DNA of 64,000 nucleotides, taken from Eledone cirrhosa. Taxonomy: Eukaryota. The stretch's first letter is position 1. Every line of letters starts with the position of its first letter. Location of the stretch: assembly GCA_964016885.1 (NCBI GenBank), contig OZ024748.1, forward strand, positions 11,532,001 to 11,596,000. The letters run 5' to 3'. A program made the translations under genes and the position numbers. This document shows positions 1 to 14,156 of this stretch, piece by piece. Below the pieces are notes generated by a model, which ran no database searches, was not told where the DNA came from, and worked only from the letters and a program-made list of their open reading frames with translations.

Positions 1-142
1 ACCTTAAATACAGTGTGCGTCTCTGATCAAATCGGAATACTGGAGGGTGTAACACACACAACCTCTAACTGGATTACCTAAAACGACAACATGTTATCCC
101 ATATATGTAGTGACATACAACGTTGCATGGACATCTTAAATT

Positions 143-340
143 TTGCGGAGCCCATCCCCTCCCCAGATCTGAATACAGCCGATTTCTTTCAAAGAAAGAG
201 AAATAGAGAAAAGGATATATAGGAAGAATCGACATGAGTTCTAAACCAGTACTTTTTTATCGTCCTCAGCAGAATTTGAACTCAGAGAGGGAGGTTCCGG
301 AACAAACACCGTAAGGCAGTCTATCTGCCAAATCGCCGCC
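143..340 (-). mobile_element. Degenerate tRNA-derived SINE, long-tail variant
   Basis: Reverse strand reads ggcggcgatttggcag...ctgagttcaaattctgc. Its tail (gtattcagatctggggaggggatgggctcc) is shared with the copies at 25926 and 32473. Confidence 0.65.
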
Positions 341-407
341 ATATTGAAAATAAGAGTGAAAGTATTTGTTGTAGGTTTGTGATAGAACTCCTAATACAGA
401 TTAGAAG

Positions 408-563
408 ACTAAATACTGTATGGTACTAAATACTGTATGGTACTAAATACTGTATGGTACTAAATACTGTATGGTACTAAATACTGTATCGTACTGTATA
501 CTCTCGGAGACTAAATACTATAAGAGCCTAAATATTGTCAGAGACTAAATACTGCTAGGTACT
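408..563. repeat. 17-bp minisatellite (tactaaatactgtatgg), about 4 near-exact plus several degenerate units
   Basis: Direct tandem units visible at 409-490, decaying to 563. Confidence 0.9.
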
Positions 564-1406
564 ATTTTCTTGAGCTTTATTTTCTCTACTAAGACATAGA
601 CCCGTAGCTGTAGATGAAAAGGAAAAAAATTCTAGTTTGTCTACTGAGACGTAAAATACATATGCCAAAAGCATTTCATGGCAAATAGACATGAAATAAA
701 AGTTGGAAATATCAATATTCCAAGGATATGCATAGTTCTGATCACATATTACAAGAGACCATGAATAAAACAGATTATAATCTCAGGCTGTTATGACAAT
801 TCCTATCACGAAATCTCATACATCAAAACATCAAATATTATAGAAAGAGAACTATAGATTATCTTTGTATGACATGTTTTGTTCTAATCACAGATTACAA
901 GAAATTGTGAATAGAAAGAAACCAAGGATAAAATCTCTACCATTTATTTTTCTCTGTAGTATTTTTCTCTGTAAAACCTGAGGGGGAGGGAGTTTGAGAG
1001 AAGGGGGGAAGGGGGGGGGGGGAGATTGACAGGCAGACAAAAAGTGAGAAATGGAAATACAAATACAAAAGCAAAGACAGAATAAAAAGCACTTAGAATC
1101 AAACCTTTCAGAAATACTGTTGGACTAATTCAATTTTGAAAGGAATGAAACAGTTTTAGGTGAATAACTTGTCTCAGGATCAAAATGATGCTCAATTTTA
1201 ACTGAGCCGTTATTTAAGAGAAACTGGGATCAATTGTTGGAGATCCATCAATTGTTTTCATTTGCACATAGGAACATATTTAGAATAGGTGTAAATAGTT
1301 AACGATATAGATACAGTGATATGTATAGCTAAATGGATATATACATGCATGAAACAATACAGAGACACAGGCACACACACACAGAAACACACACACATAC
1401 TCACAC

Positions 1407-1454
<48 letters not shown>

Positions 1455-1720
1455 AAAGGTAAACAGAAATAACACAATTGGTACAGTATATGGAAGGAAT
1501 ATATTAGGTTAACGCTTGAAATAGCAGGAAGAGGGTCTTAACGTTTCAGATGCTAGTCCTTCAAAAGGAACACGAGACATCTATCAAGAGTTTAGATGTG
1601 GATTGCGCATATAAACTCACATATCTGAGGAGATGTCGAAGAAGATCGCCTTCATCACATCCGAGCTAATCGCTATTGTATTTAATCTGTTATTTTAATA
1701 TATATATATGTGTGTGTGTG

Positions 1721-1762
<42 letters not shown>

Positions 1763-1769
1763 AAAGTTT

Positions 1770-1930
1770 TATTTAAATTGTTGGGATACAACAAGCAAAT
1801 ATTTTTATAACTGATATAAAGCACTCGACAAATATTTGGAGTAGATATACGATATTAATTATCCTTGAAATATATATAATGAAATAAATATGGTTTTATA
1901 AATATAGTTTCCATTTATTAATATCGTATA
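1770..1930 (-). mobile_element. Short (TA)n-embedded dispersed repeat, second copy at 62655-62820, probable PLE tail fragment
   Basis: Both copies share aactgatataaagcactc...aaataaatatggttttataaatatagtttccatttattaatat and are flanked by (TA)n. Confidence 0.6.
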
Positions 1931-2255
1931 TATATATATATATAATGTATATAATATAAATACGTATGTGTGTGTATTCCCCTACACCCCAGTTCCCCTT
2001 GGTACGAAACTATGTTACCAATTACAACACGCTGAGTTAGCATCTAATTCTAATTCACTGTTTTATATATACATATATATATGATTAATCCCTAATCTGT
2101 CCGGGAGATATAATTGTTATTGAGGCGGTTTGTATAATTTAATTTTATTTTATCATTCTGTCTGCTTCATGGTTAAATATTTCAAACAAATGTGGTTCTT
2201 CAACCCTCGTAATATTAGACACACGATTTACTGTGTTTCTTACTACATATATTAC

Positions 2256-2310
<55 letters not shown>

Positions 2311-2328
2311 TGTGGCTGTATGTGTGTG

Positions 2329-2388
<60 letters not shown>

Positions 2389-2491
2389 CCCACCTTTAAC
2401 TGAACTTTTATTGATAGGAAACTAATGTCTATTATAAAGGAACTATAATACTGAATATATTGCACTTTACCGTATATATATTTATAGATAC

Positions 2492-2540
<49 letters not shown>

Positions 2541-2591
2541 TGTATGTAAGTATATATACATATATATTACATATATGTATGTACATATATT

Positions 2592-2662
<71 letters not shown>

Positions 2663-2725
2663 GTATATATATATATGTGTGTGTGTATAAATATATATAT
2701 ATATGTATATACACACACACACACA

Positions 2726-2776
<51 letters not shown>

Positions 2777-2909
2777 AGATATACACACACATATATTAAG
2801 CGTTTCACTTTAATAGTCATTAGGTTTCATCTCGTTATAAATTCAGTAGGAGACGGATGTATACGGCTGAGACAGAATTATATACAAGCAAACTCGGCAT
2901 GTCCTAATG

Positions 2910-2977
<68 letters not shown>

Positions 2978-3001
2978 GTACGTACAAACATACATATGTA
3001 T

Positions 3002-3035
<34 letters not shown>

Positions 3036-3199
3036 GTTTGTACGTACGTATATATATATATATATATACGTACGTACAAACATACATATGTATATACATA
3101 TATACATATATATATACATACACACACACACACACATACGTATATATATATAGAGAGAGAAAGAGAGAGAGAGTGAAAGAGAGAGAGAGAGGGAGAGAG

Positions 3200-3324
<125 letters not shown>

Positions 3325-3729
3325 ACAAACTCAAGAAATTGTGTTATGGTTTTCATTCCTTCGATTATTACAGCTACATAGAGAGAGCGAGAGAGAGAAG
3401 CGGAGAGAAAGAGAAACAGATAGAGAAAGATAAGGAGAGAGAGAGAGAGAGAGAGAGCTAGACGCATACATACAGACACACACACACACACACAGATGTA
3501 GGATCTGGTTAGTAAATTGATCGTTATCGATAAATTTAACGTCTACTTGGCTCTCGTGGTGTGTTTTTCGTTCGTTCAATGGTCAACCAATTAACTTTGA
3601 CTTTGGCGTATATCAAGGTCATATTTTCCAACTACACCATCGCCACCACCAGCCCAACCAACGTGACATATATATATACATATATATATGTGTGACATTT
3701 ACATATGTTATATATATATATATATATAT

Positions 3730-3993
3730 AACGAAGGAAATGTGGTAAGGAACCAGATGGACCATAACGCACCAAAGTACTCAATACTTAGGGTAGTAGA
3801 GTGGGTAATAGGAACAAGTAGGACCCCCGACGGCTGAGCTCAAGCCGTTTCGACGGCTAATTCTGGACTCAAAACCGGCTTGAGCTCAGCCGTCGGGGTC
3901 CTACTTGTTCCTATATATACTGTGTTACTTGTATATGTTGAATTAGCCGTCGAAACGGCTTGAGCTCAGCCGTCGGGGTCTTACTGGTTCCTA
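3730..3993 (-). mobile_element. Family A (TA)n-embedded fold-back element carrying the 3' half of a hammerhead, plus two inverted partial arms
   Basis: Long arm 3730-3870 (minus) and inverted arms 3876-3913 and 3940-3993. Motif GAAAC-GGC-ttgagctca-GCC-GTC. Nine more copies in the window. Confidence 0.8.
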
Positions 3994-4014
3994 TATATAT
4001 ACAGATACAGATAC

Positions 4015-4085
<71 letters not shown>

Positions 4086-4126
4086 TATATACATATATAC
4101 ATACATATATATATACATATATATGT

Positions 4127-4157
<31 letters not shown>

Positions 4158-4327
4158 CCATAGCATCTAATGAAAAATATATTTGTGGGTATGTACATAT
4201 ATGTGTAGGTGTTAGTATACTTATGGTTGTGTCTGTGTGTGTATGCGTCCTATCTGAGTGTATAATTATAAAAGCAAAGACGGGAATATTTCAATATAAC
4301 AATAGAGGGCAATGAATATAATACTTA

Positions 4328-4367
<40 letters not shown>

Positions 4368-4369
4368 TC

Positions 4370-4471
<102 letters not shown>

Positions 4472-4798
4472 CTGTGTGTGTGTGTATATATAAAATATTC
4501 ATCGGATTTTTATTGTAATTATAAATATTTTATATATGTATATATGCATATATAGGTATCGATAGATAGATAGTTAGATAAATAAATATAGATAGACAGT
4601 GTGTTTATGTGTGTGTGGGGGTGGGGGCGGGGGGAGGGGGGTTTAATGCAATTATCCTATCTGTGTTACTTGTTGTTGTTGAATGAAAAAGAAGGACTAG
4701 AAGAAAGAAAGAAACAAAAGAAAGACAAGAAAAGAAAACGAATGAAGGATAGAAAGAAAAAAAACAAGGACAGAGAGAAAGAAAGAGAAGACAAGACA

Positions 4799-4858
<60 letters not shown>

Positions 4859-5255
4859 ACGAAAGAAGAAAGAACGAAAGAAAGAAAGAAAGAAAAGGGA
4901 AATAAATAAATAAAGAAAGAAAGAAAGAGAGAAAGAAAGAAAGACATTAATAATTCAAAAGGATTTCATGTCCCAGAGATCTCATTTTATGTAATTTAAT
5001 GTTTTATAATACCATTCATATTCTTATTAATTTCACCGGTGTATTGACTTAAAATGGTGTTTTGACCAGAGGCCAGAACAATTTAATGTGATTTTCCTAC
5101 GAGGATTACACAAAATCGTGAACTTTGAACGATTATTTCTGCTTTACATAGCTTTAAACACAATTATTGAGATTTGTATTGAGAAACGATAAGCGTGGTT
5201 TTTATATTGGAGCCTTAACAAAGCGCATGGAAGTTGCTAAAAGTGTGTACGTGAT

Positions 5256-5318
<63 letters not shown>

Positions 5319-5320
<2 letters not shown>

Positions 5321-5480
5321 CAAAGGAAATGTGGTAAGGAACCAGTTGGACCATAACGCACCAAAGTACTCAATACTTAGGGTAGTAGAGTGGGACCCCG
5401 ACGGCTGAGCTCAAGCCGTTTCGACGTCCAGAATTAGCCGTCGAAACGGCTTGAGTTCAGCCGTCGGGGTCCCACTCGTT

Positions 5481-5483
<3 letters not shown>
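5319..5483 (-). mobile_element. Family A fold-back element
   Basis: Same sequence as the 3730 copy, with an inverted arm joined at gacgtccagaattagccgtc and (TA)n on both sides. Confidence 0.8.
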
Positions 5484-5514
<31 letters not shown>

Positions 5515-5545
5515 AACGATATATATATATTTGTATGTATGTATG

Positions 5546-5576
<31 letters not shown>

Positions 5577-5580
5577 ATGT

Positions 5581-6186
5581 CAGGTCACCAGTTGGTGCTA
5601 CTGGTAACATGTATCCCAGTACAACCTGTCTCATGGTCGGGTCGTTGGCGACTAAACTGGCAACCCCACCAAGGTTTCTTGGTGAGGAGGGTGACTTTGG
5701 ACATCCTGCAGGACTAAAAACAAAACCTGTCAAAGGGCAAAGGAGCTCTTAAGAGTCAATGGCCATCCAAAATCACCGGGAGAGATGACCCCTTAGCCTT
5801 TGTCAAGGCAGAATTCTAGGAGAAGGAAAACTCTGATATAACACCTGCAACCCTGATGGTATCCAATGATGTTGACTTGTTCTTCTTTTTGGTAAATATC
5901 ATCTTGGTTAAGAGAGTGGGACTGGCTTTGTGCAGTGCCTTTGCTCACTATAAAAGCTTCACGGCACAGGCATTGCTTTATATCTGGAGATCTCTCTGCA
6001 CTTGTCGTCACATGGTACCATGGGCCCAACACTATGTGTCAATAATTGTCACAAGTGTAGTCTTTGTACCAGAGTTTTCAAGTCGCTGGCTGGACTAAAA
6101 AGTCACACTCGTTCAGCGCATCAGTAGGGGTTCTCCTACATGGATATAAAGTAGTGGCCGTACTCGAAAACGAGTTGGCAGCCACC
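5581..6186 (+). mobile_element. Non-autonomous ~606-bp RTE-derived element (5'UTR-like part fused to the ORF 3' end), in (ATGT)n
   Basis: Near-identical to three copies at 13446, 14157 and 15379. Contains ctaggagaaggaaaactctga, recalled from RTE 5'UTRs. 6050-6127 encodes [25 protein letters not shown], a C2H2 finger like RTE ORF C-termini. Ends with a ctcg-aaaa-cgag hairpin then an (ATGT)n tail. Confidence 0.75.
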
Positions 6187-6289
6187 ATGTATGTATGTAT
6201 GTATGTATGTATGTATGTATAAATACATTCTTGATGGTAATTCTAATTACATTCACACACACAGACACATACACACATGCACACAGACA

Positions 6290-6323
<34 letters not shown>

Positions 6324-6333
6324 TACACACGTA

Positions 6334-6466
<133 letters not shown>

Positions 6467-6591
6467 GTTCATACATTGAGTAAAAGCGCTGCCTAAGGTT
6501 TCAAGGCACAATTTTGAACCATATCCCCAGGTTGTAAGAGGGATCAAATTTATGATCTAGTCTTCAGGCGCTCGGGCGATAGATAGTTAGG

Positions 6592-6681
<90 letters not shown>

Positions 6682-7073
6682 CATTAGAAGAGACACTAAC
6701 ATAGCATATACAATATATTTATGCATAATAAATATAGGAGAGTCTCGGTATGAGTCTTTTTTATTTATTAATCTGTGATCATGTCATCACAGACATCTCA
6801 TTATTGATTTTTATCTGCCATTGGTGACATCTACCCACTTGTTACTGAGGCAAAAATAGACTAAATAAATTCTCTATGGTTTTAGCGTACGAAACATCGG
6901 CTGGAGATGTTCATTTGCATATAGTACGAACTTGACTGGTTAGATAATTATAACAGTTACGTAATCTATTGTAACGCTGTTATGTAACCGACAGTCGGTG
7001 GCTGATGAAGCGAATTTGTTTTTTGTGTGTTTACGTCATTAACGTGTTTTTGTCATCGCTGTGTTCCTTTATA

Positions 7074-7111
<38 letters not shown>

Positions 7112-7144
7112 AAAGGAACACAGCGATGAGAAAAGCACGTTAAT

Positions 7145-7228
<84 letters not shown>

Positions 7229-7263
7229 TTAAAGGAACACAGCGATGACAAAAGCACGTTAAT

Positions 7264-7323
<60 letters not shown>

Positions 7324-7358
7324 TTAAAGGAACACAGCGATGACAAAAGCACGTTAAT

Positions 7359-7422
<64 letters not shown>

Positions 7423-8392
7423 TTTGAGTATATGTTGGTTGTATACCAACACCTCAGTATGCAGATTGGAGCACTAGACGAAGTGCGCAGGTTGGTTTGG
7501 TTACTCCGGAGTAGTGTAAAATAAACTAAAATAAATAAGTCAAATATTTAAAATTTGGCTTCGTTTATTATTTGGCAGTAATAAACGAAGCTAAATTTTA
7601 AATATTTGACTTATTTATTTAGTTTATTTTATATATATATATATATATTATAAATATATATATATATGTTGTGTGTGTGTGTGTATGTGTGAGTGTGTGT
7701 GTGTGTGCATGTATATAAAATCTTCGTTTAGAAATCTAAAGAATGTGGAGAATGAAAACACGTATGGTAGCAATGGTAGTATAACCATTAGCACGGATTT
7801 CTATGAAGACATCACTATAGAATATAAAATATTGTATTACTTAAAACTTCTAATATCGTGAGGAAATTACTTCCGGACAGAAGTCCTAGGAGCGATGGGG
7901 AAAAACAAAACAACAAAATACAACGAAAAAAAAAATTACAAACAAATACAAAAATCAATAAAAAAAAAACTAGAAAAAAATAGAAAACCTAATAAAATAA
8001 ACTACAAACAAAAAATACAGAAACCAATAAAATAAACTACAAAAAAAAACCCCCTAACAAACCAACAAACGCTATATCCATTTCCTAGTAGTCAACATCT
8101 GTACTATGTATTCCAACATGAACAAACAAATAAAATTACAAAAAATAAATAAATATAAATAAAAATATAAATATAATAAAAAAGAGAAAAGCTGTACTTT
8201 TAGGTATTGTACATTACATTAGGGAATATAGAAAAACCTTTCTAAATAAGAGAGAAACCCCGAGAAAGAGAATAGGGGAAATTAACCAGAATAACAGAGT
8301 TATATATACAATACTATGGTACATTGTTGTTTACACAAACACATCTTTCTTTCTCTTTCTCGTTCCCCCCCCTCTCTCTCTCTATATATATA

Positions 8393-8447
<55 letters not shown>

Positions 8448-8608
8448 TCAGATTCTCAGACATGGCATATTTTATCTAATTTTGGTAGTATTTTGGTAGT
8501 ATATATATAAATATATAAATATGCATATATATATAAATATATAAATATGCATATATATTAGGTATTGTACATTACATTAGGGAATATAGAAAAACCTTTC
8601 TAAATAAG

Positions 8609-8759
<151 letters not shown>

Positions 8760-8827
8760 TATATGTTGTATGTGTGTGTGAGTACATATATATATATATT
8801 ACAATATATATGTGTGTGTGTTTATGA

Positions 8828-8895
<68 letters not shown>

Positions 8896-8909
8896 ATATA
8901 TATATATAT

Positions 8910-9043
8910 AACGAAGGAAATGTGGTAAGGAACCAGATGGACCATAACGCACCAAAGTACTCAATACTTAGGGTAGTAGAGTGGGTAATAGGAACGAATA
9001 GGACCCCGACGGCTGAGCTCAAGCCGTCGGGGTCCTACTCGTT

Positions 9044-9046
<3 letters not shown>
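8910..9046 (-). mobile_element. Family A fold-back element folded at the loop III palindrome
   Basis: taggaacgaataggaccccgacggc-tgagctca-agccgtcggggtcctactcgttccta, in (TA)n. Confidence 0.8.
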
Positions 9047-9077
<31 letters not shown>

Positions 9078-9245
9078 CATATGCATACATATATATCGTT
9101 TTGTTGCACAAGCACAAATAGCAGCTTTTTATTTAAAAAAAAAATGTTTTTACCAATACAACTTAAATAGGATATATAATCATATAATTTGATATGGAAA
9201 TTTATAGCACGAATAAAAAAAATAGTAAACAATATTTATTAATTC

Positions 9246-9970
9246 AATAATAATAATTGTTTCTACGTTAGGCACAAGGCCAGCAATTAACCAGTGCATT
9301 ACTGGTACTTTATTTTATCGACCCCGTAAGGATGAAAGGCAAAGTTAACCTCGGCGGGATTTGAACTCAGAATGGCAAGGGCCGTAACTCTATACGTCAA
9401 AGCATGGCGTCCGACCCTCTCCCGATATTGCCAATCCACTGACCAATAATAATAATGGTTTGTGATTTAGGCACAAGGCCAACGATTTGGGGGGAGGGGA
9501 GAGTCGATTAGATTGACTCAAGTACATTACTGGTACTTTATTTTATCGACCCCGTAAGGATGAAAGGCAAAGTTAACCTCGGCTGGATTTAACTCAAACC
9601 GTAAAGGGGCGTAACTCTATGCTTCAAAGCATGGTTTCTAATTTAGGCACAAGGCCAAAGTATTTGGGGGAGGGTAGAGTCGATTAGATTGACCTCAGTG
9701 CATTACTGGTACTTTATTTTATCGACCCCGTAAGGATGAAAGGTAACGCTAACCTTGGCTGGATTTGAACTCAAAGTGTAAAACGCCGTAACTCTATGCC
9801 GCAAAGCATGTTGTCCGACGCTCTACCGATACTGCTACCAATCCGCCCTCTCTCAAGCATAAATTATAGGAGAGGTTAGACGATTAAATCGACCCCAATA
9901 TTTTACTGGTATTGTATTTTATCAACCTCGGTAGGATGAAAGATTAATAATTTGACTTTGGCAGAATTTC
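9246..9970 (-). mobile_element. Cluster of about 4 tRNA-derived SINE copies (Meta/MESC-like central domain)
   Basis: Reverse strand has A-box-like tggcartatcgg, B-box gagttcaaatccc, central gcctttcatccttacggggtcgataaaataaagtaccagt, and tail ggccttgtgcctaa...(att)n. Confidence 0.85.
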
Positions 9971-10435
9971 AACACAAAACGTGAAACAGTTCATGACATT
10001 TTGTCCGATTCTCTGAAAATGTTGGTGAAAAAAGAGAGAAATTGGGAACAGAGAGGGAGTAGCATGGAATAGGTGAAAGTGAGAGGGGGAGAGACATAGA
10101 GTGGGGGGGGCATAGAGTGGGGGCGAACAAATAGAAAGGGAGAGAAGAAAACATGAGAAAAGACCATTGAGTGATGCTGATTATATGGGAAAGTGAAAAC
10201 AATGCCGAGAGGGGGGGGGGAAGAGGGGGGAGGAGGAGGAGAAGAAGAAGAAGAAGAAGAACAACAACAACAACAACAATAACAACAACTACAATAAAAT
10301 AAAAAGCGGAACATTGAAAATAAACGAGAGCAAAGAATGAGAGAGAGGGAGAGAGAGAGAGAGTGTGTGTATGTGTGTGCGTGCGTGTGTGTGTGTATGT
10401 GTGTGTGCTACAGTAAGAATGAAAGAGTGATAGAT

Positions 10436-10467
<32 letters not shown>

Positions 10468-10590
10468 TGTATGTGTGTCCTAAATAAGAATGAGATAGAG
10501 ATAGATATAAAGAGAAGTAGATAGATAGATAGAGAGAGAGAGAGATTATGTAGGTGGAATACCTCGAGTACATAAACAGAGCAGCTGGTG

Positions 10591-10636
<46 letters not shown>

Positions 10637-10814
10637 TGTGGTAGATTGTGAGAGAGAGAGGTGCATGTGCAAGGAAGATAGTAAGCATGTATGAGAGATA
10701 AGAAAGAGAAGAGGGGGGGGGCAGATAGAAAGAGAGACAGTGAGCGAGTATGAGAGAGTAAGAAGCATACGATGAGGAAGAAAAAAAGAGAGAGTGAGAG
10801 AGTGAGAGAGGAGA

Positions 10815-10852
<38 letters not shown>

Positions 10853-10901
10853 AACAGAGAAAGAAAGAGGGATAGATAGAAAGAGAAAGGGAGAGAGAAA
10901 C

Positions 10902-10988
<87 letters not shown>

Positions 10989-11098
10989 TAGAGAAAGAGA
11001 GAGAAAGAGGGAGAGAACGGGAGAGAGAAACAGATAGAAAGAAAGAAAGAGAGAGAGATAGATAGAGAAAGAAAGAGAAAGGGAGAGAGAAACAGATA

Positions 11099-11140
<42 letters not shown>

Positions 11141-11327
11141 TAGAGAGTGCAAGAAAGAGAGAGAAGGGGAGAGAGATATAGGATGTGGGTTGAGCACTAG
11201 ATGGGAACAGCTGGTCAATAGTAAAAGCTATTACAGAAGAGAAAACCTTTGGTAACTTGATAAGAGATTAATAGAAAAAGCTGGGTAGATATTGGATTGG
11301 ATTGGACTACATATATATATATATATA

Positions 11328-11389
<62 letters not shown>

Positions 11390-11498
11390 TGTGTGTGTGT
11401 GTATACATATATGTATATATATATGTGTGCGTATAATTATATATATATATATATACATATATATATGTACACTTACATCTACACTGTATTGTACGTTG

Positions 11499-11624
<126 letters not shown>

Positions 11625-11702
11625 ACGTACAATAAAGTGTAGATGTAAGTGTTGGTTGCATTTAGGCGATTACATATTGGTGAAGGTAGGAAGATGGAGA
11701 GT

Positions 11703-11764
<62 letters not shown>

Positions 11765-11765
<1 letters not shown>

Positions 11766-11845
11766 TTCTTTATTTACCATAAAGGCATAAAAAGAAGGGA
11801 CAAATACAAAGGGGGAGTTTACATACAATCGAGTAAAAAGGGTAT
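11765..11845 (-). mobile_element. Short 3' tail fragment of the L1/Tx1-like LINE, in (GATA)n
   Basis: aaagaagggacaaatacaaaggggga(g)tttacatacaat matches 49730-49770. Confidence 0.55.
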
Positions 11846-11863
11846 ATATAGATAGATAGATAA

Positions 11864-11895
<32 letters not shown>

Positions 11896-12167
11896 ACAGT
11901 CATTGAATTTTGATAATGATAAAAGAAAATATGCAAGAAATGTATTGTTTAGTTTAAATGGGGGAACACACCGAAGAACAGATAGATCGTTCATTTTGTT
12001 TTGTACCGTTATTTTGTTGTACCATTTGAAAAGGGGGTTGAGCCCTGAAATATACTGGGTAAAACTTTATATTTACTTTATATATTACTACTGCATTGTA
12101 TCGGCTTTCTGGAATACTTATTACTCATGTATTACATATCGCACACTGATTATTTATAACTATATAT

Positions 12168-12345
12168 AATGGTTTCTTATATGGGCACAAGGCCAGCAAT
12201 TATTTTAGAGGGGGGGGGGGGGGCGATTAAATCGACCCCAGTGCATGACTGTTACTTTATTTTATCGACCCTGTAAGGATGAAAGGCAAAGTTAACCTTG
12301 GCGGGATTTGAACTCAGAACGTAAAGGGCCATAACTTTATGCTGC
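12168..12345 (-). mobile_element. tRNA-derived SINE, 5' truncated
   Basis: Same central domain and tail as the 9246 cluster. Confidence 0.8.
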
Positions 12346-12393
12346 AAAAATATATATATATAAAAATATATATATTTATAAATACACGCACAC

Positions 12394-12460
<67 letters not shown>

Positions 12461-12672
12461 TATTTAAATATGGTTTCACGTGTGTGTGTGTATATATATA
12501 TATATGTATATGTATGTGTGAGAAAAACCACAGACCCTCCATGTCAACTTTGAAAAGCAGAAGAACTGCGAAACCGGTAAAGGAACCAAATAAATATATA
12601 TATTTAAAAAAAAAAAAATAGAAAAAAAAAAAATATAAGACTCCAGTTGCATTTTCGATTTCATCTCTTTTT

Positions 12673-12756
<84 letters not shown>

Positions 12757-13445
12757 GTGAAACCATATTTAACGTTTAAAGCATCCATGCTTAATGCTGG
12801 CAGAGGGCCACACATTTTTGAGGAGATGGGGTTCAGTCAATGTGAACGACTTGTGTAGAAGAACGGTAAAATGGAGGGAAAATGGAAGGAAATTGGTGAT
12901 CTTGGAACTGAAATACTTTGTATTGTGAGCCAAAATATAGTAATTAAATTTAAAATTACATCGGTTTTCGTATGTACAGACACAGGCTCTCAACCAACAC
13001 ACCTTCATATACAAATACGTATACATAGATGCGTCATACATACATACATACATACATACATACATACATACATACACACATACGTACATACATACATACA
13101 TACATACATACATACATACATACATACATACATACATACATACATACATACATACGTACGTACATACATACATACATACATACGTACATACATACATACA
13201 TACATACACACGTACATACATACATACATACATACATACATACATACGTACATACATACATACATACATACATACATACATACGTACACACATACATACA
13301 TACATACATACATACATACATACATACATACATACATACATACACACATACATACATACATACATACATACATACACACGTACACACATACATACACACA
13401 TACATACATACATACATACATACATACATACATACATACATACAT

Positions 13446-13707
13446 GGTGGCTGCCAACTCGTTTTCGAGTACGGCCACTACTTTATATCCATGTAGGAGA
13501 ACCCCTACCAATGCGCTGAACGAATGTGACTTTTTAGTCCAGCCAGCGACTTGAAAACTCTGGTACAAACACTACACTTGTGACAATTATTGACACATAG
13601 TGCTGGGCCCATGGTACCATGTGACGACCAGTGCAGAGAGATCTCCAGATATAAAGCAATGCCTGTGCTGTGAAGCTTTTATAGTGAGCAAAGGCACTGC
13701 ACAAAGC
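13446..13707 (-). mobile_element. 5'-truncated copy of the RTE-derived non-autonomous element
   Basis: Reverse complement of ~5925-6186, abutting a ~400-bp (TACA)n tract at its 3' end. Confidence 0.8.
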
Positions 13708-13843
13708 AGCATATATATATACATATACATATACATACACATACACATACATACATATACACATACACACATATATACATACATACATACATATATACAT
13801 ACATACATACACACATACATATACATATACATACATACATATA

Positions 13844-13875
<32 letters not shown>

Positions 13876-13924
13876 CACATACATACACATACACATACAT
13901 ACATATACATATACATACATATAC

Positions 13925-13955
<31 letters not shown>

Positions 13956-14156
13956 CATATACATATATATATACATACATATACACATACATACATACAT
14001 ACATATACATACATACACATACATATACATATACATACATACATATACACACATATATACATACATACACATACATATACATACACACATACATATACAT
14101 ACATACACATACATACACATATACATATACATACACATATACATATACATACATAT

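Noticed and set aside
3730-3993. Family A as a MITE with terminal inverted repeats
   Set aside because: Arms are asymmetric, junctions differ between copies, and the sequence carries a hammerhead half, which fits fold-back retroinsertion better.
5793-6098. Recurrent 79-80 aa ORFs (MLGPWYH..., MVSNDVD...), also at 14245-14550 and 15467-15772
   Set aside because: They recur only because the repeat is young. The only recognisable motif (C2H2) is in a different frame.
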